Below, piece after piece: positions 42,908 to 52,304 of a DNA stretch of 64,000 nucleotides (positions within the stretch are counted from its first letter, which is position 1; each line of letters opens with the position of its first letter). The position numbers were made by a program, and so were the translations under genes. The stretch spans positions 224,001 through 288,000 of the forward strand of contig CBDCXM010000008.1 of NCBI GenBank assembly GCA_965223855.1, in the 5' to 3' direction. This stretch comes from Candidatus Multivoradales bacterium (GTDB lineage: Bacteria > Acidobacteriota > Thermoanaerobaculia > Multivoradales > JAHEKO01). The notes under the pieces were generated by a model that saw only the letters and a program-made list of their open reading frames with translations, ran no database searches and had not been told where the DNA came from.

Positions 42908-43438
42908 TCAGGCCGAGGCGTTTTCCTTCTGCTGACGAATCTGCTCGAGAACGAGCACGAAATCCCGCGGCAGCGCCGCCAGGGTGCGCACGAAGCGCGT
43001 CACCGGCGACTGCAGCAGGAAGAGGAGCTTGGCGATCAGCTCATCGCGGCTCGGCAGGTCGGCGATGGCGCTCACCTGCTCCGCACTGATCGGCTGACCG
43101 TCGACCAGCCCCCCCTTGAACTCGAAGGTCGGAACGTCCTTCGAGAATTCAGTGAGTGTCTTGGCGATCGACACCGGGTCGTCGCCGAACGCGATCGCGG
43201 TGGGCCCGACGAACTGATCCTGCAGTCCCTCCAGAGCCGCCCCCTCGATCGCACGGCGGGCGATCCGGTTCTTGACCACCACATACGTGCCACCCGATTC
43301 GCGCACCTTGTCGCGAAGCGCGGTGATCTGAGGCACGGTGATCCCCTGAGCGTTGATCAGGAAGGCATGCGGCGCGGCCGCCACCCCTTCCTTGTAGAGC
43401 TCGAGGAGCTCCTCTTTCTTCTCGCGTGTCAGTGCCAT
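42908..43438 (-). CDS. rplJ: 50S ribosomal protein L10
   Basis: VVKNRIARRA, LPSRDELIAKL. Confidence 0.97.
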   Translation of the reverse strand: MALTREKKEELLELYKEGVAAAPHAFLINAQGITVPQITALRDKVRESGGTYVVVKNRIARRAIEGAALEGLQDQFVGPTAIAFGDDPVSIAKTLTEFSKDVPTFEFKGGLVDGQPISAEQVSAIADLPSRDELIAKLLFLLQSPVTRFVRTLAALPRDFVLVLEQIRQQKENASA

Positions 43439-43473
43439 CTTCCGTCTCTCCGCTGACTCGTTTCGCTACCGTC

Positions 43474-44176
43474 TCAGGCGTCGCCGACGACCATCGCCGC
43501 GTCGTCGAGGCGGATGCCCGGGCCCATCGTGCTCGAGATCACCGCCGACTTGACGTACTTGCCCTTCGACGCGGCGGGCTTCGCCTTGAGGATCGCTCCG
43601 ATGAGTGCGCGGGCGTTCTCGAGCAGCTGCTCGGCGCTGAACGAAGCCTTGCCGAACGGCGCATGGATGATGCCGGCCTTCTCGACCCGGAACTCGATCT
43701 TTCCCGCCTTGATCTGACCGATCGCCTCGGCGAGATCGAAGGTCACGGTGCCCGTCTTCGGATTGGGCATCATCCCTCGCGGACCCAGTACCCGACCGAG
43801 CTTGCCGGCGACACCCATCATGTCGGGTGTCGAGACGACGGTGTCGAAATCGACCCAGCCGCCCTCGATCTTCTTCGCCAGCTCCTCGCCACCGACATAG
43901 TCGGCTCCGGCGTCCTCCGCCTCCTTGACCTTCTCGCCCTGCGCGAACACGAGCACCTTCGATGCCTTGCCGGTGCCGTGCGGCAGCACGAGAGTGCCCT
44001 CGCACCATCTGGTCCGCGTGCCGGGGATCGACCCCCAGACGCAGCGCCATCTCGAGCGTTTCATCGAACTTGGCGGTCGCGTTGCCTTTCGCCAGCTCGA
44101 CAGCCTCCTGGAGCTCGTAGACGCGGTCTTCGACCTTCTCGGCCGCCGCGTTGTACTTCTTTCCGTGCTTCGCCAT
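43474..44176 (-). CDS. rplA: 50S ribosomal protein L1, split by a one-base insertion near 43997-43999
   Basis: N-terminus ..[13 protein letters not shown] in one frame; [26 protein letters not shown] in another. Confidence 0.93.
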
Positions 44177-44190
44177 CAGATCTCTCCCGC

Positions 44191-44613
44191 TCAGCGGACC
44201 TCGATCCCCATCGAACGCGCCGTGCCCTCGATGATGCGCACGGCGGCGTCGAGAGAGGCCGCGTTGAGGTCTTCCATCTTGGTCTGGGCGATCTCCTCGA
44301 GCTGCGCCCGATCGACCTTCGCCACCTTCTCGCGATTCGGTTCCCCGGAGCCCTTGTCGATACCCGCCGCCTTCTTGAGCAGCACCGCCGCCGGCGGAGT
44401 CTTCGTGATGAAGGTGTAGCTGCGGTCGGCGTAGACCGTGATCACGACGGGGATGATCATCCCCGGCTGGTTCTGCGTACGGGCGTTGAACGCCTTGCAG
44501 AAGTCCATGATGTTGAGACCGGCCTGACCCAGCGCGGGACCGACCGGCGGTGCCGGACTCGCCTGTCCCGCGGGAATCTGCAGCTTGACCTGCCCGATGA
44601 CTTTCTTTGCCAT
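44191..44613 (-). CDS. rplK: 50S ribosomal protein L11
   Basis: [18 protein letters not shown]. Confidence 0.98.
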   Translation of the reverse strand: MAKKVIGQVKLQIPAGQASPAPPVGPALGQAGLNIMDFCKAFNARTQNQPGMIIPVVITVYADRSYTFITKTPPAAVLLKKAAGIDKGSGEPNREKVAKVDRAQLEEIAQTKMEDLNAASLDAAVRIIEGTARSMGIEVR

Positions 44614-44671
44614 TGCGATGCTTCCTTACGCTGTACGTCTCGTGATCTCTTCGCCGACCCGGGGTCGCGCC

Positions 44672-45349
44672 CTAGAGCTTCTGCACCTGACTGAAGTCGA
44701 GTTCGACCGGCGTCGCGCGACCGAAGATCGTCACCATGACCTTCAGCGTGTTGCGATCCAGATTCACTTCTTCCACCACACCGGTGAAGTTGTTGAACGG
44801 CCCGTCGATGATCTTGACCGGCTCCGCCTTGTCGAAGATGTACTTCGGCTTCGGCTTCTCCTTGGCGCTGACCACCTGCTCGAGAATCTGATTGACCTCG
44901 TCCTGGGACATCGGCGTCGGCTTCTTGCCGCTGCCGACGAAGCCGGTGACCTTGGGCGTGTTCTTCACCACGTGCCAGGTGTCGTCGGACATCGCCATCT
45001 GAACGAGGATGTAGCCGGGGAAAAACTTCCGCTGCAGTTCGCGCTTCTTGCCGCCCCGGTACTCGACGATCGTCTCGGTCGGGATCCGGATGTCACCGAA
45101 GGCCTCGGCCTGATTGAGCGCCTCGGCACGCTGCCGCAGCGTCTCCTTCACCCGATCCTCGAACCCGGAATAGGTATGAACGATGTACCACTGCATCCCC
45201 GGCCGGTCCTCCGCCGGCTGCGGCGAGGGATCGACCTCGTCGGCACCTGGGCGCAGGGTGTCCGGCACCTCGGCCACGACGTCCTGCGACGGGCGCGCCA
45301 ACGGATCCGCGGTCGGATCGAGCCGAGAACCTGTCCGGTCGCTGCTCAT
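44672..45349 (-). CDS. nusG: Transcription termination/antitermination factor NusG
   Basis: [22 protein letters not shown] domain, [10 protein letters not shown]. Start is either 45349 (overlapping the secE stop) or the internal MQWY. Confidence 0.97.
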   Translation of the reverse strand: MSSDRTGSRLDPTADPLARPSQDVVAEVPDTLRPGADEVDPSPQPAEDRPGMQWYIVHTYSGFEDRVKETLRQRAEALNQAEAFGDIRIPTETIVEYRGGKKRELQRKFFPGYILVQMAMSDDTWHVVKNTPKVTGFVGSGKKPTPMSQDEVNQILEQVVSAKEKPKPKYIFDKAEPVKIIDGPFNNFTGVVEEVNLDRNTLKVMVTIFGRATPVELDFSQVQKL

Positions 45350-45552
45350 CCGGTCACCACCTTCACGATGAACTCATAGCCCCTCGCGATCACGAAGTCG
45401 GCCGCGAAGAGAAAGAAGGCGAACACGAAGCTCGTCACGAGCACGACGGCAGTCGTGGCGACCACCTCCTCGCGCGAAGGAAAGGTGACCTTCTTGATCT
45501 CGGAACGCACTTCCGACAGGAAGGTCCGGAACTGTGAAATCTTGCTGAGCAT
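45346..45552 (-). CDS. secE: Preprotein translocase SecE
   Basis: EIKKVTFPSREE followed by one TM helix; upstream of nusG. Confidence 0.96.
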   Translation of the reverse strand: MLSKISQFRTFLSEVRSEIKKVTFPSREEVVATTAVVLVTSFVFAFFLFAADFVIARGYEFIVKVVTG

Positions 45553-45608
45553 CGTCGTCGCCTCGACTCGTCACTCGGAAGGACGGCAGGAACACCGTCG
45601 GAAATCGC

Positions 45609-45685
45609 TGGCAGGCCAGGAGGGATTCGAACCCCCAACCCTCGGTTTTGGAGACCGATGCTCTACCAGTTCGAGCTACTGGCCT
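45609..45685 (-). tRNA. tRNA-Trp (CCA)
   Basis: Cloverleaf AGGCCAG..TCGGT-CTCCAAA-ACCGA..GTTCGAATC..CTGGCCTGCCA. Confidence 0.97.
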
Positions 45686-45698
45686 GTGTTGAAACTCC

Positions 45699-46889
<1,191 letters not shown>

Positions 46890-47061
46890 GGCGTCCTGCT
46901 TCCTCCTGAAATCCCATCGCCCGCAGGGTAGTCGAGGCGGGCCCCGATCGACGCCGGTCCGGAGACCGGTGCCGTGATCCGAGTCGCCGGTCGCGACTCG
47001 AGATCGAGATGGCTGTTATCGATGCTGGTTGAGAGTTGTCGCTTCCAGGCTGCTGTTCCGG

Positions 47062-47136
47062 TGGAGCCCACGACCGGATTTGAACCGGTGACCCCTTCCT
47101 TACCAAGGAAGTGCTCTACCCCTGAGCCACGTGGGC
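47062..47136 (-). tRNA. tRNA-Thr (GGT)
   Basis: GCCCACG..TTCCT-TGGTA-AGGAA..GTTCAAATC..CGTGGGCTCCA. Confidence 0.97.
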
Positions 47137-47196
47137 AAATCTACCGGCAGCCCTCCTCTGTCGGCCAGAGAGAGGGTCGACCGGCGAAACCCGCCG

Positions 47197-47225
47197 ATTG
47201 TACAGCGGTAGGTCTGTGCTGTAAA
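47197..47225 (-). promoter_or_regulatory. Sigma70-type promoter for tRNA-Thr-tuf
   Basis: TTTACA-N17-TACAAT followed by GC-rich discriminator CGGCGG. Confidence 0.8.
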
Positions 47226-47438
47226 CCCCCGAAACCGGGTACAGCCAGCGGTTCCAGAGAGCATGCCACACCCGGCCTCTCCCGTCCAGATCCCGGGGGC
47301 AGAACCGGCCGTGTGCAACATTTCGGTCGTCTCGCGCGCCCATCTGGACGGGGGCGATTCCGCGCACGGGACTGTGACGCGGTACACTCGCTCTCTCCGT
47401 TCTATCGCTGACCTGAGAATTCGAGCCCGGAGCCGCCG

Positions 47439-49838
47439 ATGGCAGTGCCTGAGCTACAGCGCATCGAGGGCAAGTTCGAGATCCTCGACAAGATCCGTGA
47501 AGGGGGCATGGGGGCGATCTACAAGGTTCGCCACCGCCTGCTGGACGAAGTCCGCGTCATCAAGGTGATCCGGCCTCAACTCGGAGAAGACGAGAGCCTG
47601 CGCGAGCGCTTCCTCGCCGAGGCGAAGTCCACCGTCCGGCTGCGCCATCCCAACATCGCCACCATCTTCGACTTCACGGTCGACGAAGACGGCGTCGCCT
47701 TCATGGTGATGGAGTACATCGAGGGGGAGGATCTCGCTCGCAAACTCGCGCGGATGGGACGGCTTCAGATCGCGCAGACGATGACAGTCTCGGTGCAGGC
47801 GCTCAAGGCGCTTCACTATCTCCACCGCAGCAACTTCGTCCACCGCGACGTCTCGCCCGACAACATCATGGTCACCAAGGACGTCGACGACGACGACCTC
47901 GTGAAGCTCATCGATCTCGGCATCGCCAAGCAGCTCGAGAGCGACGCGACCAACCTGACCCAGGAAGGCTTCTTCCTCGGCAAGATCAAGTACGCCTCAC
48001 CCGAGCAGTTCGGCGGCCGCGGCGAGCTCGACGGGCGCAGCGATCTCTATTCTTTCGGGGTGATGCTCTACGAGCTGCTGACCGGCATGCACCCCTTCCC
48101 CGCCGACTCGCAGGAGGCGATGCTCGCCGGGCATCTCTTCCATCCGCCGCGGGAGTTCACCGAGAGCGACCCCGACGCCAGGATTCCCGAGGAGCTCAGG
48201 CAGATCGTCCTCAGGGCGCTCGCCAAAGAGCGGGACGATCGCTTTCAGACCGCCAAGGACATGGCACAGGCGATCCAGAAGATTCGCCGCAACTGGGTCG
48301 ACCCCGAGCCGGTCGACGAGGGCAGCAACGACGCCACGATCCTCGAACCGATGCCGTCGCCACTGCCGCCCGGATCGACGCAGCGCCGTCTCGATCGTCA
48401 GTTCGCTCCCGCGACGACTCCGCCGCCGATCCAGGCCGTCGAGGATCCTCCCGGCACACCAGCCGGAACCTCGGCCGCGAGCCCGGGAACGGCGGACGAC
48501 GCCACGCGGCTGGGAGCCCCCCCGTCCGCCGGCCGGAGTGCGCCGGCGCCCGATCCGACCCGGATGGCTCCGTCGCCCGGGACCGCGACTCCTGGGGCGA
48601 CCCCACCGGCGGACGCCACGCGCCTCTCGCCCGGCGGCGCTCCGCCGATCGACGCGACACGGATGGCCGCGCCACCGGCAGCGGACGCCACGCAACTTGC
48701 CGATGCACGCCTCGCCCCGGCGCCGCGCCACGTTCCCGCACCGGAAACCGCTCCGGCCGCCGAAACGCGCCGCGGCCTTCCGTGGTGGATTCCGGTTGCG
48801 GCGCTTTTCGTCGTCGGCCTGGGAGCCGGTCTCTTCTTCTTCGGCCGAGGTGGCGGCGAGACGACGGCAACCGACTCGATGCTCGAGGCTCTCGAAGATC
48901 CGACGCTGGCCACCGCAGGCGCGGGAGACCTCGCTGCCGGCCTCGCCGGCGCCCAGGCGGCCCTCGACGGCGACAGGTACCGTGCAGCACTGCAGCAACT
49001 CACGGCGCTCGAGGCGAACCATCCCGACGAACCGGGGATCGATTCGATTCTCACGGCGCTCGACGGCAAGGTCCGGGCGCGTCACCAGTCGATTCTGGAG
49101 CGCGCGACCACTCTCGAATCGCAGCGGCGCGCCTCGCGCGTCTTCGGTCGCGCCGACGCCGCCGCGAAGAAGGGCGACGCCGCGCTGGCCCAGGGCGATC
49201 TCGCCGCTTCGGTCGGCGCCGTGCTGGACGCTACTTCGCTCCTCGAGGAGGCCAACGAAGTCGCCGAGCAGGTGGCCGCCGACGAGGCGGCGGCACAGCA
49301 GCGCCAGGAAGAGCAGGCCCGTCAGGAGCGCGAGCGTCTGGCACAGATCGAGCGGGAGCGACGCCGGACCGCCTCGCAGCCGGCGCCGGTGACGCAGACA
49401 CCGCAGCGGGCCACCGAGACCGCACCCCAGGAGGCAGCACCTCAGCCGGCCCCGTCGCAACAGGTACCGTCGCAGCGGACCGCGACCCCGCCCCCGACGA
49501 CCCCAGCACCTCAGAAGGACGAGACTCCGGCCGTCGCCGCGGCCATCCAGCGACTCGCGGCGGCCCACACGGCGCTCGACATCAACGCCGTCAAGGCGGT
49601 GTGGCCGTCGCTCGGCGGCTCCCGGCTCCAGGCGATCGAGAACTCCTTCCAGGGGGCGCGGTCGATCGTCATGAGCCTCGACGGCTGCAACATCACAGTG
49701 AACGGCGAGCGTGCAACCGCATCCTGCAAGATGCGCCAGGCGTACCGACCGAAGCGCGGGACCCGGCAGTCGATCGAGCGCGACGTCACCATCCGGCTGC
49801 GCAAGACGGGCAGCAGCTGGGTGGTGGAAGACTACTGA
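47439..49838 (+). CDS. Membrane-anchored Hanks-type Ser/Thr protein kinase
   Basis: GGMGAIY, VIK, HRDVSPDN, DLGIAK, YASPEQ; Pro/Ala linker; TM WIPVAALFVVGLGAGLFFF; extracytoplasmic helical region and NTF2-like end. Confidence 0.93.
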   Translation: MAVPELQRIEGKFEILDKIREGGMGAIYKVRHRLLDEVRVIKVIRPQLGEDESLRERFLAEAKSTVRLRHPNIATIFDFTVDEDGVAFMVMEYIEGEDLARKLARMGRLQIAQTMTVSVQALKALHYLHRSNFVHRDVSPDNIMVTKDVDDDDLVKLIDLGIAKQLESDATNLTQEGFFLGKIKYASPEQFGGRGELDGRSDLYSFGVMLYELLTGMHPFPADSQEAMLAGHLFHPPREFTESDPDARIPEELRQIVLRALAKERDDRFQTAKDMAQAIQKIRRNWVDPEPVDEGSNDATILEPMPSPLPPGSTQRRLDRQFAPATTPPPIQAVEDPPGTPAGTSAASPGTADDATRLGAPPSAGRSAPAPDPTRMAPSPGTATPGATPPADATRLSPGGAPPIDATRMAAPPAADATQLADARLAPAPRHVPAPETAPAAETRRGLPWWIPVAALFVVGLGAGLFFFGRGGGETTATDSMLEALEDPTLATAGAGDLAAGLAGAQAALDGDRYRAALQQLTALEANHPDEPGIDSILTALDGKVRARHQSILERATTLESQRRASRVFGRADAAAKKGDAALAQGDLAASVGAVLDATSLLEEANEVAEQVAADEAAAQQRQEEQARQERERLAQIERERRRTASQPAPVTQTPQRATETAPQEAAPQPAPSQQVPSQRTATPPPTTPAPQKDETPAVAAAIQRLAAAHTALDINAVKAVWPSLGGSRLQAIENSFQGARSIVMSLDGCNITVNGERATASCKMRQAYRPKRGTRQSIERDVTIRLRKTGSSWVVEDY

Positions 49839-49896
49839 GCAGCAACCCTCGCAGCCGCCCTGCGCAACCCGACGCCAACCTGGTCGGAGCGAGCCC

Positions 49897-50640
49897 GTGA
49901 CGGAGCCAGACATCGTCGAAAGAGGGGAGCCTCATCGACGCTTCCCCCAACGCCCTCACTTCTCGGTCGGCATCCCCGTCTACAACGAAGAGGAGCTGCT
50001 GGAGGTGCATACCGACCGGCTGCTGCGGTTTCTGGAGTCGCTCGAGCGACCGTTCGAGGTCCTCCTCGGCAGCAACGGCTCGACCGACCGCACCGTTGAG
50101 ATCGCGCAGCGCCTCGCGGTCGGAGATCCCCGCATCGACGCGTTCTCGATCGACCATCGAGCGCCCGGAGCCGCCTTCCGCGGCTTCATCCACCGCGCAA
50201 GCTCGCCGCTGCTGATCTCGCTCGACATGGATCTGTCGATCGACCTCGACTTCGTGCCGCGTGCCCTCGAACTACTCGAGCACTGCGACCTCGTCGTCGG
50301 AGCGAAGCAGACGGGGGAGCAGAAGCGCTCGTGGCTGCGGAGAACGGGAAGCGGCACGTTCATCGCCGTCGCCAGGCGATGCGGTCTGCCGTTCCAGGAT
50401 TACTCGATGGCCGCCAAGGGCTATCGGATCGCAGCCCTCGAGCCCCACCTCGAGACGCTGGTCGACGGCACCGCCTACGTGCTCTACGCGATCGCCGCAG
50501 TCCAGGCCGCCGGCGGCGAGGTGGTCGAGATCCCCGTCGACTGCGACGACCGGCGCCGCAGCCGTTTCAGCCTGCCTCGAGAAGCGTTGCACAAGTTCTT
50601 CCACCTCGCGCGGTGGATGTGGAGCCGGCCGCGCTCGTGA
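49897..50640 (+). CDS. GT2 glycosyltransferase (polyprenyl-phosphate sugar synthase-like)
   Basis: IPVYNEE, NGSTDRT, DMD motif, EIPV..RRSRF; GTG start with RBS. Confidence 0.85.
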   Translation: MTEPDIVERGEPHRRFPQRPHFSVGIPVYNEEELLEVHTDRLLRFLESLERPFEVLLGSNGSTDRTVEIAQRLAVGDPRIDAFSIDHRAPGAAFRGFIHRASSPLLISLDMDLSIDLDFVPRALELLEHCDLVVGAKQTGEQKRSWLRRTGSGTFIAVARRCGLPFQDYSMAAKGYRIAALEPHLETLVDGTAYVLYAIAAVQAAGGEVVEIPVDCDDRRRSRFSLPREALHKFFHLARWMWSRPRS

Positions 50641-52119
50641 GCTCGTGGACCGTCGTGACCAACAGCGCGCGGCCGTTCCTGCGGCGGCGCTGGCCCGAAA
50701 CGGTGCTCGCCCTCGCCATCGCCGGCTACGTGACGCTCTTCGCCTGGAAGCAGTACCTGAAGCTCTACGCCCTCCACTACCCCGACTTCGATCTGGCGAT
50801 CTTCTACCAGGGAGTCTGGCTGCTGAGCCGCGGGGAGACTCCCTTCGTCACGGTTCGAGGCCTGCATCTGTTCGCCGACCACGCGACCTTCGTCAACCTG
50901 CTCCTCGCGTTGCCGATGCGGCTGGTCGCCCATCCCCTCGTGCTGTTGTGGGCGAAGACGGCGGCGCTCGGGTTGGCTGCGCTGCCGCTCTACTCGATCG
51001 CGCGACGCGAGCTCGAGTCGCGCCGGCAGGCTCTCGCCGTAGCCGCCTGCTACCTCCTCCACCCAGCCGTCCATCACCTCAACCTCGACAGCTACCACAC
51101 GAGCGCCTTCGCGGTGCCCCTCGGGCTGCTCGTCTGGCTCGCCGCGGCCGGCGGCAGACCTCGCCTCCTGATCGCCTCCGCGCTCGCACTCGTCCTGGTC
51201 AAGGAGAACATGGGACTGGTGCTGGCGAGCCTCGGCCTCCTGATGTGGGTCCGGGGCGACCGGCGGGGTCGCTGGGTCGCCGCAGGCGGCATCGCCGCTA
51301 CCCTGCTGATCGTGACGGTCGTCATTCCCGCCATCGCCGCCGACCACGACTACATCTACGGTGGACGGATGACCACGGCGAGGGCGGTACTGTCCGGGGA
51401 GCTCGGGATCGCCGAGTTCGTCGGCGATCACCTCGTCACCCCGGCCAACCTCGTCTTCCTCCGCGACCTGACGGTGTCGCTCGGCTTCCTGCCGTGGGCC
51501 TCACCCGTGCCGCTCGTCCTCAATCCGATGCTCGGGCTGTCGCTGGCCTCCGACTGGCCCTACGCCAAGGAGATCCTGTACCACTACACGAGCGGGCTTC
51601 TCCCCTCCCTCTTTCTCGCCTTCGTCTTCGGTTGGGGTCGCGTTCGTGACTGGCTGCGTCGCCGGAAAGTCCGCTGGCGCCTCGCGGCTACCTGCGTCGC
51701 TGTGCTGACGATGAGTCGCAGGCCTCGCCTACGGTCATCTCGCGCGCGGGCCTCGGATCGTGAGGTGGGACCAGGCGCTTCGACCGGTGCCGGAGATCGA
51801 CCCGCAGGTTCACATCGACCTCGAACAGGTCCGATCGCGGGTCGGCGACGATGCCGTCAGCGCGAGCTACGACCTGCTGCCGTTTCTCGCCGAGCGCAAG
51901 CAGCTCTTCATGTGGCCCAACCCGTTCGAGCCTCGGTACTTCGGTCCCGACGGCGAGACCCGCACCACCTCGCGCCCCGAATGGCTCGTCTTCTCCGCCC
52001 GCCTTCACGGCGACGAGATGCCTGCCATGGCCGAGCGCGCCGTCGCCGTCGGCTTCGAGGAGTGGGCGGTACTGCCGACGATCCGCCTGTTCCGCCGGCA
52101 GAGTCGGGAAGACGCCTGA
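50637..52119 (+). CDS. DUF2079-like multi-pass membrane protein (putative GT-C), one-base frameshift near 51714
   Basis: FDLAIFYQGVW, DHATF, LVKE, LYHY; C-terminal AVSASYDLLPFLAERKQLFMWP continues in the shifted frame. Confidence 0.7.
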
Positions 52120-52124
52120 CGCCC

Positions 52125-52303
52125 GACACCGCTTCGTGTCAGTCGACTGAGAACGCTAGCTAGTTCTTCTCACGCCGCTCCGGCCTGGTGGGTCGTAGGT
52201 TGCCGAAGATCCGAGGCCTACGGTCGCGAGCACCACAGGCGTAGCCGTAGCTACGTCGAGGAGCACAGCGACCGGAGAACGAAGTAGATTCAGTGACATA
52301 CGG
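52125..52303. other. Palindrome-rich intergenic element (REP/MITE-like or structured RNA)
   Basis: TCAGTCGACTGA palindrome; CGGTCGC..GCGACCG stem enclosing a CGTAGC-CGTA-GCTACG hairpin; lies between convergent genes. Confidence 0.35.
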
Positions 52304-52304
52304 C

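Noticed and set aside
43997-43999. Programmed frameshifting in rplA
   Set aside because: No slippery heptamer or clear stimulator, and a second single-base indel in the window points to assembly error
47270-47355. Inverted repeat CCCGTCCAGAT..ATCTGGACGGG upstream of the tRNA-Thr promoter
   Set aside because: An 11-bp arm in GC-rich DNA with no further support for an element or RNA
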